A stretch of 64,000 nucleotides of DNA from Chitinophagales bacterium (GTDB taxonomy: Bacteria > Bacteroidota > Bacteroidia > Chitinophagales > LD1), in the NCBI GenBank assembly GCA_016787045.1, contig JAEUVA010000024.1, forward strand, positions 33,618 to 97,617. The letters run 5' to 3'. Each line of letters begins with the position of its first letter. Position 1 is the stretch's first letter. Shown here piece after piece: positions 19,277 through 28,667 of the stretch. The notes below the pieces were generated by a model. The model saw only the letters and a program-made list of their open reading frames with translations. It made no database searches and was not told where the DNA came from. The position numbers and the translations under genes were made by a program.

Positions 19277-21256
19277 CTACCAGCTCAAATCGTCCTGAAA
19301 TTTTCCTAAGAACTTATCTACCTCTGAGGTATCGCTCTTTTTTTTAGAAGGTTTTTCACCCGATGTTTTGGTCTCTAAGTAGTCGGTCAGTTTGTTTTCG
19401 CGCTTGCGTACGGGTTTTGCATCGTTGGTATAGTCGCTTGCGCCTGCACTAATAGTAGAGGGTTTTTTATACGAATCGCCTTTGGGAGCAAATTGTTTTT
19501 TATCACCAAATTCTTTACGGTCGTTGCTGTATGGTTTGCGCTCGCGGTCGTTGTAATGCTTGCGTTCGCCATAGTTTTTGCGCTCACCAAACTCCGATTT
19601 TTTCTTGAAGTCGCCCTTGTAGCCGCCTCCACCTTCGTTTCTGCGACCACCTCCGCTGTTGTTGCTATCTCTTTCTTTGGCTCGGGTAACTAATGGTTTG
19701 CCACCGCGTTTGTTTTTGCCAAACACCACCAATACTTGCTCTGCTTGCTCAGCAGGTAATGTAATGAATGAAAAATTGTCATACACACGCACATCATGTA
19801 TAGATTGTGGGTCTATGCCCGCTTCGCTGGCTACAAAGTCAATTATTTTTGCAGCATTGAAATTAGCGGTATGGCCTTTGGCCACAAAAAGGCGAGCATC
19901 GCTGCTTGATGTAGCGGTGCCCTGTTTAGCAGTTTGTATCTTACCAATTTCTCGGTACATAGATTCTTTCAAAGTATCTTTAAACGTGTAGTTCAAGATA
20001 GCCGAAAGTACTTGTGCTGGTTCGCGGTCATCTTCTAAAAGTTCTTGTGCCAAGGCCAAGTAATCTGTAGCGCTTTTGTGTTCCAGCAAATTCATGAGGT
20101 CGGTTTTCAACTTCATTTTTTTGGTTTCTATCACTACATCTACAGCAGGTACTTCTTCTTTACGAAACTGCGTACGTGCTATTTTTTGGATAAAGAGCAA
20201 ATCGCGTCTTTCGTTTGGCGATACAATAGTAATAGCGGTACCATGTTTACCTGCACGACCGGTACGGCCTATGCGGTGCACGTACGCCTCAGGGTCTTGC
20301 GGCAGGTTGTAGTTTACTACGTGTGTAAGGTCGTTTACATCAATGCCACGAGCAGCCACATCGGTAGCTACCAATATCACAATTTTACGCAGTTTGAATT
20401 TTTTTAATGTCAGTTCGCGTTGGTTTTGTGTTACATCACCATGTATGGCCTCAGCATCGTAACCGCGGTCTATCAGTTTATCAGCTACTGTATCTGTTTC
20501 GGCTTTAGTGCGGCAAAATACAATGCCGTAAAATTCCGGTTCGGTATCAATAATGCGGCAAAGTGCCTCAAAGCGGTCGCGCTCGCTTACTTCAAAGTAC
20601 ATTTGATCAACCAGTTCGGTAGTTGCCTGTGTTTTTTCTACCGCTATCAATTCGTAATTGCCCATAAAGGTTTTGGCAATTTTGAGGATAGGTGTAGGCA
20701 TAGTTGCGCTAAACAATAACATCCGTTTTTGTTCCGGCACTTGCTTTAAAATTTCGCGTACTTCTTCTTCAAAACCCATGTTGAGCATTTCATCGGCCTC
20801 ATCAAGCACCACGTGTGTTACGTTGCCGAGCTTTAATGTGCCACGCTCAATGTGGTCGCGAATACGGCCTGGGGTTCCCACCACAATTTGAGTGCCTTTT
20901 TCTAAGGCACGGGCTTGTGTGCCAAAGCTGGCACCACCATATACGGCTTGTACCCAAAGTTTTTTATCGCCTTTGAAAGAGGTAATCTCATCGGCCACCT
21001 GCACGGCCAACTCGCGCGTTGGGCATAAGATAAGCGCCTGTACTTTGCGGCTGCTATCGTCAAGCTGGTCTATGAGCGGCAAGCCGAAAGCACCCGTTTT
21101 GCCGGTACCTGTTTGCGCCTGACCTACTAAGTCTTTTTCGTTTTTAAGTAAAAGCGGGATAGTTTTTTCCTGAATTTCAGAAGGTGTTTCCCATCCCTTT
21201 TTTTGAAGTGCGTTTAGCACATTTTGGCTCAATCCGAGCGCTGCAAATTTTTCCAT
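19277..21256 (-). CDS. DEAD-box RNA helicase with DbpA-type RNA-binding domain and charged tail
   Basis: Q motif, AQTGTGKT, PTRELA, TPGR, DEAD, SAT, ARGID, HRIGRTGRAG; C-terminal RLFV..G...FSFI domain. Confidence 0.95.
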   Translation of the reverse strand: MEKFAALGLSQNVLNALQKKGWETPSEIQEKTIPLLLKNEKDLVGQAQTGTGKTGAFGLPLIDQLDDSSRKVQALILCPTRELAVQVADEITSFKGDKKLWVQAVYGGASFGTQARALEKGTQIVVGTPGRIRDHIERGTLKLGNVTHVVLDEADEMLNMGFEEEVREILKQVPEQKRMLLFSATMPTPILKIAKTFMGNYELIAVEKTQATTELVDQMYFEVSERDRFEALCRIIDTEPEFYGIVFCRTKAETDTVADKLIDRGYDAEAIHGDVTQNQRELTLKKFKLRKIVILVATDVAARGIDVNDLTHVVNYNLPQDPEAYVHRIGRTGRAGKHGTAITIVSPNERRDLLFIQKIARTQFRKEEVPAVDVVIETKKMKLKTDLMNLLEHKSATDYLALAQELLEDDREPAQVLSAILNYTFKDTLKESMYREIGKIQTAKQGTATSSSDARLFVAKGHTANFNAAKIIDFVASEAGIDPQSIHDVRVYDNFSFITLPAEQAEQVLVVFGKNKRGGKPLVTRAKERDSNNSGGGRRNEGGGGYKGDFKKKSEFGERKNYGERKHYNDRERKPYSNDRKEFGDKKQFAPKGDSYKKPSTISAGASDYTNDAKPVRKRENKLTDYLETKTSGEKPSKKKSDTSEVDKFLGKFQDDLSW

Positions 21257-21464
21257 GTTTGTTTTTTCCCGAATAGGCCATTAAACAATATGACACACTC
21301 CGGAGGTGATAAATAATTGATTTCGGTTAATCACCGAACTTTTTTGAGAGAGGAACCGTACTCGGTTAAAGCAACTTGTTTGGGCTGCTGTGACTGTTCT
21401 TTTTGGGAAGTCGCATCTCACACTTGGTTCGTGTGAAGTTGTTCTGTTTTTTTCAGAACGGGCG

Positions 21465-21472
21465 CAAATGTA
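21465..21472 (-). promoter_or_regulatory. Bacteroidota sigma-70 -7 element (TACATTTG) for the helicase gene
   Basis: Exact TAnnTTTG on the minus strand, about 208 nt upstream of ATG 21256. Confidence 0.55.
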
Positions 21473-21547
21473 GTATAATAAACCATACTTTGCTATTTAT
21501 TTTCACGATAGTGAGATTTTAGCACATTCGCAGTTGTAAAATTCAGC

Positions 21548-22297
21548 TTGAAAAAATCGTTGCTCTTTTTTTTTGTTTTAGGTAGTGTTGGTGTGTTGGC
21601 TCAAGCGCAAAAGAGTGTAACCAAGCAAACTCTTGCTTGGTATAGCGCCCTTATACATTTACAAATCAATGAGCGCTGGAGTTGGCAAACAGATATGGGT
21701 GAACGAATCTACATTGACCCATTTGCTCAGCACCAAATGCTTATCCGCACTCATGCGCATTATCATTTTGGAAAAAGCGGGTGGGAGGTCTCTGCCGGCT
21801 TTTGTGTATTTGGCCAAAGCCCTAACGAACCCATCACCAAACAAAGGTTGATGGTGCCTGAACTGCGCCCACATATTGAAGTAGCGTATAAAAACCGATT
21901 GAAGCACTTTACGCTTGATCATCGGTTTCGTGCAGAAGCACGCTTTTTTCATGGCACAAACTCCTTTCGTACCGAACTGGCCGATGGATTTAGTTTTGGC
22001 AACTTTCGTTTTCGATATAGGATAACAACTACTATTCCAATCCTTCATATTGATGAGCACCGGAGTTATAAAATGAAGATAGGTGATGAAGTAATGGTAA
22101 ATGCTGGTGCAAAAATTGCCAAAAACATATTTGACCAGAATCGATTATTTGTAGCGCTATCAATAGATGTACTACCGCAGTTAAGCATAGATGCCGGATA
22201 CCTCAATTGGTATCAGATGCGGGAGAATGGTGCTTTTTTTAACCGGCATATCATTACGCTGGCTACACAGTACACCATTCGGCTGAAGAAAAAATAA
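21548..22297 (+). CDS. DUF2490-type outer-membrane beta-barrel protein
   Basis: Signal peptide; ELRP, HRFRAEARF, RFRYR, FDQNRL, GYL motifs; TTG start. Confidence 0.75.
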   Translation: MKKSLLFFFVLGSVGVLAQAQKSVTKQTLAWYSALIHLQINERWSWQTDMGERIYIDPFAQHQMLIRTHAHYHFGKSGWEVSAGFCVFGQSPNEPITKQRLMVPELRPHIEVAYKNRLKHFTLDHRFRAEARFFHGTNSFRTELADGFSFGNFRFRYRITTTIPILHIDEHRSYKMKIGDEVMVNAGAKIAKNIFDQNRLFVALSIDVLPQLSIDAGYLNWYQMRENGAFFNRHIITLATQYTIRLKKK

Positions 22298-22330
22298 CCA
22301 AGGGTGTAGGAGTATAAATTTTATTAACCG

Positions 22331-22744
22331 CTATTGTTTCATGGTTAAATAACTCTGCAAAATCAAGTTTGCAGCTATGGCATCTATGTGGCCTTTTCTT
22401 TGTCTTTCTTTTTTACCCAACCCGCTTTGTAGTAATGTTTGTTTAGCAATAGTGGAGGTAAAGCGCTCATCTATTCGATGAATTTTTTTATCGGGAAAAA
22501 GTAGTTGCAACTGCGCAATAAATTTCTCTACCTCGCTCATCACTTCATTTTGGCGCGTGCCGGTGTTGTAGGGTACACCTACCACAAACGCTTCTACATT
22601 TTCGGCAACGCAATATTTTTTGATGAAATCAAAAACAGTCTTAGTGGGTAATGTTTCTAATGAATTGGCAATAATTTGCAACGGGTCGGTTACAGCAATG
22701 CCGGTTCGCTTAGTGCCAAAATCAAAAGCCATCACGCGAGCCAT
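22331..22744 (-). CDS. ruvX: Holliday junction resolvase-like / pre-16S rRNA nuclease YqgF
   Basis: MARVMAFDFGTKRTGIAVTD, VVGVP, IDERFTS, D..AA.LILQSYL. Confidence 0.92.
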   Translation of the reverse strand: MARVMAFDFGTKRTGIAVTDPLQIIANSLETLPTKTVFDFIKKYCVAENVEAFVVGVPYNTGTRQNEVMSEVEKFIAQLQLLFPDKKIHRIDERFTSTIAKQTLLQSGLGKKERQRKGHIDAIAANLILQSYLTMKQ

Positions 22745-22754
22745 ATTGAAAAGA

Positions 22755-23618
22755 TTAATGAGGAAAAACAATCATGGATTCGCGGAGTGCTTCTTCAAAA
22801 GCCGGTATGCTGAAATTTGCGCCTAACTGTTCTTCGGTAAAGTAATTGAGTAAATTTTCGGTGGGCATGTTGCCTAGCAAATCATCTTTGGCCATAGGGC
22901 AGCCGCCATAACCACGAATGGCGGTATCGAAACGAGTGCAGCCACTTTGGTAGGCAGCATCTATTTTTACTTTCCAGTTGTGTGGGGCTGTGTGTAAGTG
23001 TGCCCCTATTTCTAATTGCGGAAAAGCAGGAATGAGTGTTTCAAACAAATAGCGAATGATGGTTGGCTCTGCCACTCCCACCGTATCGCTGAGCATAAAT
23101 GTTTTAATGCCAAGTTGCGATAACTCACTTACCCATTTTTCTACTACTTGTGGGCTGTACTCATCGCCATACGGATTGCCAAAACCCATGCTGATGTACA
23201 GTATGAGTTCTTTATTGTGCTGCTGCGCTAAAACATTTATTTTTTTTACGCGCTCTACTGCCTCTGGTATAGTGCTGTTAGCGTTTCTGCGCTGAAAGGT
23301 TTCGGACACCGAAAACGGAAATCCCAAATAATTTATCTGTTGAAACTCGCAGGCATCTTTTGCTCCACGCTCGTTGGCAATAATGGAAATGAGTTTGGAT
23401 GAAGTGTTATTCAATTCTAAACTGTCTAAAACACGTGCGGTGTCTGCCATTTGTGGTATTACCTCCGGGTTCACAAAACTGCCAAAGTCAATAGAGTGGT
23501 AACCTACTTTAAGTAGTTTATTGATATACGCTACTTTGGTAGCTGTGGGTATGAAGGTTTTGATGCCTTGCATGGCATCGCGGGGGCATTCAATAATTTT
23601 TACGGCAGTGCGGCTCAC
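22755..23618 (-). CDS. Hydroxymethylglutaryl-CoA lyase
   Basis: ECPRDAMQG, GSFVNP...PQMAD, FGNPY, SDTVG, HLH, GYGGCP, GNMPTE. Confidence 0.88.
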   Translation of the reverse strand: MSRTAVKIIECPRDAMQGIKTFIPTATKVAYINKLLKVGYHSIDFGSFVNPEVIPQMADTARVLDSLELNNTSSKLISIIANERGAKDACEFQQINYLGFPFSVSETFQRRNANSTIPEAVERVKKINVLAQQHNKELILYISMGFGNPYGDEYSPQVVEKWVSELSQLGIKTFMLSDTVGVAEPTIIRYLFETLIPAFPQLEIGAHLHTAPHNWKVKIDAAYQSGCTRFDTAIRGYGGCPMAKDDLLGNMPTENLLNYFTEEQLGANFSIPAFEEALRESMIVFPH

Positions 23619-23715
23619 GGCTCAAACGTAAAAAAAATAACTCATCAGTGAGTTTCGCTATTGCATTACATTCCACACCGTTCATTGTTGCTAAACAGAT
23701 TAATAGATATTGCTC

Positions 23716-23880
23716 TTACGTAGCATCATATCTAAATGTCCGGTTTTCATCGTCCTCAATGTCATCCATTTTAGAGTCGGGTATTCGCGGAGTGGTAAGC
23801 ACTTTGTAAAAAAAGTAACCTGTTACTGCCGATACTAAAATCATGGCAGAGGCCATGAGTATGATTGCTGATGTATTCAT
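23716..23880 (-). CDS. 54-aa single-TM peptide, probable NSS transporter small subunit (MetS-like)
   Basis: Below ORF-track cutoff: MNTSAIILMASAMILVSAVTGYFFYKVLTTPRIPDSKMDDIEDDENRTFRYDAT. Its ATG overlaps the transporter stop (TAATG). Confidence 0.7.
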   Translation of the reverse strand: MNTSAIILMASAMILVSAVTGYFFYKVLTTPRIPDSKMDDIEDDENRTFRYDAT

Positions 23881-25544
23881 TAGGCAGTTCCTCCTTTAAG
23901 TTTTCGTTTGTTGTGCGCTAAATAGACTAAGAAACATATTCCTGCGAAGGTGAGCAGCAGCAAAATTCGTGCACCGTTTACATAAAACAACTTGTCTTGC
24001 AACTGCAAAACCACAGCAGGGTCGGTAGCTGCTGCTATTTGCTCGTATATGCCTGCATTTGTAATTTGCTTGATGATGGAGCCGTTGTCGAGTGTCCATC
24101 CGTTACCCGAAAATAAATTGCTGATTTCTACTTTCCAGTTATTTCCTTTCGGAGTTATCAATGAACCCAAAAACACAAATGTGAGCAACACCGGAGTTAC
24201 ATACTTGATAATGTATTTGTAAAATTCAGGAACCTTCATGTCGGCACCACGGGTTATCTCTTTCCAACCATTGTTGATGCCGAAAACCCAAGCAAAAAGA
24301 ATGGTTTCAATAAGTGCAAAAACCACCAACGAAACTGTACCTGCCCAATAGTCATATTCTTCAAAAACTCCTTGATGGTAAAAGAAAACAGTTGGTAAGC
24401 CGAGTATCAGAATAATTAAACCAAAAGACCATGCTCCTTTTTGTCTTTTCCAACCAAACTCATCGTGCATAAAACCCATCCAAGGGGTGCCCATGGCAAG
24501 CGAAGAAGTGATGCCCGCAAAAAACAGCAAACCAAACCACATGACCCCGGCCACCATAGAAAGTACAGGCCCCCATTTTTCAAACAAATAAGGCATGGTT
24601 TGAAACGCCATGCCAAAGCCGGCATTCTCTTTTACCCAATCTAAACCAAGGTAGCCCGCAGCAATAGGAATTACAATGGAGCTTCCCAGCACCACTTCTA
24701 CAAATTCGTTCATAAACCCGGCTGAGGCGGCATTTAAAGCCACATCATCGCGCTGTTTTAAGTACGATGCGTAGCATTGAATTGAACCCATACCTACAGA
24801 TAGTGTAAAGAAAATTTGCCCCGCAGCAGCCAACCAAACTTTAGGGTTGGTGAGTGAATCAAACTGGGGTGTCCACAAAAAATTTAAACCATCAATGGCA
24901 CTGGCTGTTGGGTGTTCGGCACTGGCGCCCGATGTGCCCAACGTTAACCCCCGAATGGCCAAAACCACTCCAAAAAGTATAAGCAAGGGCATTCCAATTT
25001 TTGCTACTTTTTCTACACCATCTAAACCGCGCGAAAGAATAAACGTGTTGAGCCCTAAGCAGACAAGAAAGAACAATACCGCCTCAAATGGAATTCCGGT
25101 AGTGGAATGAAATACATCTATATAGCTACCGAAAAATGCCGCTACTTGCGATTGCGAAAGCCCATCGAATGTTCCGGCTACGGAATGATAAACGTAAGCC
25201 ATGGTCCAACTCTCAATGTAGCAGTAATATGCGGCCACACCTATATTGGTAAAAATTCCAAAAACGCCTATGTATTTCCAGAGCGAAGATTTTCCTAAAC
25301 TCCCCATGATAAACGGTGTGGAGTGATTGCCGTTTTTTCCGCCAAATCTTCCGGTACTCCATTCAATCCACAGCAGCGGAATACCCATCAATAAAAAGCA
25401 TACTATGTAAGGAATGATAAATGCGCCACCACCATTGTTAATGGCCTGCACCGGAAAACGAAGAAAGTTACCTAAGCCAACAGCATTGCCGGCCATGGCT
25501 AAAATTAATCCAACTCGTGATCCCCAACCTTCCGATTTCGACAT
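23880..25544 (-). CDS. Sodium-dependent transporter, neurotransmitter:sodium symporter (LeuT-like) family
   Basis: W.SR.GLILAMAGNAVGLGNFLRFP, GGGAF..PY, W.AA.GQIFFTLS, FFAGITSS. Confidence 0.92.
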   Translation of the reverse strand: MSKSEGWGSRVGLILAMAGNAVGLGNFLRFPVQAINNGGGAFIIPYIVCFLLMGIPLLWIEWSTGRFGGKNGNHSTPFIMGSLGKSSLWKYIGVFGIFTNIGVAAYYCYIESWTMAYVYHSVAGTFDGLSQSQVAAFFGSYIDVFHSTTGIPFEAVLFFLVCLGLNTFILSRGLDGVEKVAKIGMPLLILFGVVLAIRGLTLGTSGASAEHPTASAIDGLNFLWTPQFDSLTNPKVWLAAAGQIFFTLSVGMGSIQCYASYLKQRDDVALNAASAGFMNEFVEVVLGSSIVIPIAAGYLGLDWVKENAGFGMAFQTMPYLFEKWGPVLSMVAGVMWFGLLFFAGITSSLAMGTPWMGFMHDEFGWKRQKGAWSFGLIILILGLPTVFFYHQGVFEEYDYWAGTVSLVVFALIETILFAWVFGINNGWKEITRGADMKVPEFYKYIIKYVTPVLLTFVFLGSLITPKGNNWKVEISNLFSGNGWTLDNGSIIKQITNAGIYEQIAAATDPAVVLQLQDKLFYVNGARILLLLTFAGICFLVYLAHNKRKLKGGTA

Positions 25545-25599
25545 AGTTTACTTTTTGGTTAATTTTTAAATGTAGAGAAATATATGAGCAGGCAAAATT

Positions 25600-26367
25600 T
25601 CAAACCTCAATTTTCAATCCATCATAAGCAATGATAATGTTTGGAGGTAGCTTTTTCTCCATCAAATCATGCAGTCCAAACTGATGACTCATATGCGTGA
25701 AATAGCATGTCTCGGGCTGAATATCTTCTACTACTTCTAATGCTTGCTCAATGGTGAGGTGAGAGTAATGCTCAGAATGGCGCAGCGCATTAAGTACCAA
25801 TACTTTTGTGCCGCGTATTTTTTCTCGCTCTTTGGGGGCAATGGTTTTAGCATCGGTGATGTAGGTAAAGTTTTTACCAAACCTAAAGCCCAACACCGGC
25901 ATAGAGCCATGCATTACTTGTATGGGCGTAATCTGAAATGTACCAATTGCAAACGGCTTATCAGCATTTATGCGATGAAAATTCATTTTGGGTAAATACG
26001 GATAATCGGTTTCGCTAAAGGCATAACTGTATTGGTCTTTGATGCCTAACTCGGTCGCAAAATCGCAGTAAAAATCTACCGGTTTTTTGTTCATGAAGTT
26101 GAAAGAGCGGATGTCGTCTATACCACCGGTGTGGTCTTTGTGCGCGTGGGTAAAAAGTATGCCGTCAATACTTTTTACTTTTTCGCGCAGCATCTGTTGC
26201 CTAAAGTCAGGTCCGCAGTCCACTACAATGGTTTGGCTGTTTTCTTCCAACATAATGGAAGTGCGCAGCCGCTTATCTTTTGGGTTTTGTGATGAACAAA
26301 CCTCACAACCGCACCCAATTAAAGGTACTCCGCCAGAGGTGCCTGTGCCGAGAAAAGTAACTTGCAT
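25600..26367 (-). CDS. MBL-fold metallo-hydrolase (PhnP/YycJ-like phosphodiesterase)
   Basis: LGTGTSGGVP.IGC.C.VC, VDCGPDFRQQ, THAHKDH, THMSH, AYDG. Confidence 0.9.
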   Translation of the reverse strand: MQVTFLGTGTSGGVPLIGCGCEVCSSQNPKDKRLRTSIMLEENSQTIVVDCGPDFRQQMLREKVKSIDGILFTHAHKDHTGGIDDIRSFNFMNKKPVDFYCDFATELGIKDQYSYAFSETDYPYLPKMNFHRINADKPFAIGTFQITPIQVMHGSMPVLGFRFGKNFTYITDAKTIAPKEREKIRGTKVLVLNALRHSEHYSHLTIEQALEVVEDIQPETCYFTHMSHQFGLHDLMEKKLPPNIIIAYDGLKIEV

Positions 26368-26385
26368 ATAACGAATGTAGTTTCT

Positions 26386-27786
26386 CTAAGGTACCATCAC
26401 ATTTGCAATGTGTGTGCCTTGCTTGAGGTAAACCGGAAATTCGTCCAGCGAAAAGGTTTTAGTAGTTGAACTTCCACCATCAAATACCTGCGATTTATCA
26501 TACAAGTAAACCCACTTATCTCCAGCCGGAAAATTGACGGTAACATTACCGGAAGCGTCTAGCACCGGTGCTACAAAAATATCAGTGCCCAATGTGTAGG
26601 TGTAATTGGTTTTGTTGACAAATTGCATTAAACTTTTGTTGGCTGCAAAAGCCGGTACAGATTGCCCTAGCAAGTAACCCACCAAAAACTTTTCGCGTAG
26701 TAAAACTAATTTGCGGTAAATGGTTTCGGTTTGTGCATCAAACATCCAGGGGCGGTGCTCTCCACCACCACCGTTTTCCATTAAGCCCGAAAAAGCGCCT
26801 ACTTGTGCCCAACGGATAAATAATTCTTTAGTACGCATTTGAGGTGGCGAAGTGTTGTCTTCGCGGTAGCCGCCAATATCTGAGCCATGCACTAAATACG
26901 GATAATCAGAACTCCAGTACATATTATTGAGCGCTGCCTTTAAGCCACCGAAAGTGGCATCTTGATCGCCCACCCAACAACTCCAGCCAATTTCTTTAGG
27001 ACTAAAGGCAGCTAAATCACCACCAAAATCGCCCAAGTTGTAGTTATCAATGGGGCGGCTCATAATAGCTGTGCTAATGCCACGTTTTTGGCGGGTGTAA
27101 TCGTGAAACAATTGATAATATGAATGCGAATGCTCTAAGCGGGTAACCATACCGCCCTTACCCGGAGAATACACTTGCGGGAAGGCATAAAAATCGGCTC
27201 CATCGCATTTCCAGCCATCTACGCCCATATCCAGCGCTTTGTCCATCAGCCCTTTCCACCAAGTTACCGCAGCGGGGTTGTGGAAGTCAATCAAACTGCC
27301 GCTGCCTTTCCACCAGTTTACCACTTTGGGGTTGGCATCACCGGCATTGCTTTTCATAAAGTAGCCATTGGCCTTGGCTTCATCATAAAGTGGCTGGCAA
27401 TTCACGTTTACCACACCGGTTATCCAAAGCAATACTTTAATGTTTTTGCTATGGAAATAATCAATCATGGCTTTCGCATTCGGGTACAATGTATTGTCCC
27501 ATTCAAATGTATTGTAGCCGGTTTCCCAGGGGCTGTCAATTACAATGGCATCTACCGGTATGTTGTGGGCTAAATAATCATCAACCAATGCGCGTGCGCT
27601 GGCGGTGGTACCTTCGTCTTCCCATACCCAGTGCTGAAAAACCCACTTAGGCCACGGAGTGTTTTGTACATAGGTAGTATCACACGGTGTAGCTGTACAA
27701 TCTATGTCATCTTTCTTTTTTTTACAAGATGATGTTGCAATAATCAATACCAAAAAAACTACAGACGGGTAAAGGAGTTTTTTCAT
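26386..27786 (-). CDS. GH31 glycoside hydrolase lipoprotein
   Basis: Lipobox TSSC-KKKK; IPVDAIVIDSPW, DFHNP.A..WW, GWKCDG (nucleophile), WVGD (acid/base), GSDIGG, LFIRW.Q. Confidence 0.85.
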   Translation of the reverse strand: MKKLLYPSVVFLVLIIATSSCKKKKDDIDCTATPCDTTYVQNTPWPKWVFQHWVWEDEGTTASARALVDDYLAHNIPVDAIVIDSPWETGYNTFEWDNTLYPNAKAMIDYFHSKNIKVLLWITGVVNVNCQPLYDEAKANGYFMKSNAGDANPKVVNWWKGSGSLIDFHNPAAVTWWKGLMDKALDMGVDGWKCDGADFYAFPQVYSPGKGGMVTRLEHSHSYYQLFHDYTRQKRGISTAIMSRPIDNYNLGDFGGDLAAFSPKEIGWSCWVGDQDATFGGLKAALNNMYWSSDYPYLVHGSDIGGYREDNTSPPQMRTKELFIRWAQVGAFSGLMENGGGGEHRPWMFDAQTETIYRKLVLLREKFLVGYLLGQSVPAFAANKSLMQFVNKTNYTYTLGTDIFVAPVLDASGNVTVNFPAGDKWVYLYDKSQVFDGGSSTTKTFSLDEFPVYLKQGTHIANVMVP

Positions 27787-27850
27787 AAGGGGTTGTTTGA
27801 GGTGAAAGTAACGATTTGTCAAAAAGCTACAACCCCGTGTATTTAAACAT

Positions 27851-28648
27851 TTACGAATCGGGCGTAGCTGCTTTTTTTTGAGTCAACGGTAAGCGGTAGG
27901 TAACTCCGGTTTGCATGCCTACACTCCACAACCGTTCGGTTACCGGAGTCTGTTTGGTGTTGTATAAGCATTGTATGCGTGCTATGGGAGCAAATGAAAT
28001 AGTCACATTATTTTTGAAACTGTAGCTAACCCCAACAGATAAGTAAGCAGTGAGATTCGCCCTCTGATGTGGGTTCAAATTGACATTGTTATTGTAGTTG
28101 CGGTATATGCTTCCATCGGGATTGGTGAGATGAGTATGGGTATATTTTTTTAGCAATACATTTATTTCTGCACCTGTACCGATTGTTGCTTTAAATGCAG
28201 ATTTGCCTAATGAAAATCGTATGCCTAACGGAATGTTGAGATAATGGTAGCCGTAGGTTAAGATAAGTCGGCACGGTTGCAAGTTGTTGTTGTAAGAGGT
28301 ATCATTGTATCCACCGGTATCAAAAAAGAGGTTATTATCAATGTGCCTGTAGCTATGGTGCGCGTAATTAACACCACTTTCCACAGCAAAAAAATTCTTT
28401 ACCTGAAAACCACACACGATTCCGGTTGCTCCGTAGATGTATGGGTGCTCTGATTTATTGCGCAGATTAAAAATAAAATCAGGTATATTGGCTATGTTTG
28501 GTTGAGGTACTTTGCTATTGAGAAATAACACCCGATGAGAAACTCCTGGAGTAATTTGTGCACCTACATAAAAGTATTTGCCATCTTGCGCTTTAGCAAC
28601 AGATAGAAGACAGAGGAGAATGATGATACTTAGAGGACGCATAATCAA
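27851..28648 (-). CDS. Outer-membrane beta-barrel protein (PorT/OMP_b-brl-like)
   Basis: Signal peptide; ESGVNY, YLNIPL, alternating beta-strands, GVTY terminus. Confidence 0.6.
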   Translation of the reverse strand: MIMRPLSIIILLCLLSVAKAQDGKYFYVGAQITPGVSHRVLFLNSKVPQPNIANIPDFIFNLRNKSEHPYIYGATGIVCGFQVKNFFAVESGVNYAHHSYRHIDNNLFFDTGGYNDTSYNNNLQPCRLILTYGYHYLNIPLGIRFSLGKSAFKATIGTGAEINVLLKKYTHTHLTNPDGSIYRNYNNNVNLNPHQRANLTAYLSVGVSYSFKNNVTISFAPIARIQCLYNTKQTPVTERLWSVGMQTGVTYRLPLTQKKAATPDS

Positions 28649-28667
28649 TCGGCATAAAGTTAATATA

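Noticed and set aside
19400-19660. GERK/DRK-type repeats in the helicase tail
   Set aside because: Low-complexity charged tails are normal for bacterial DEAD-box helicases.
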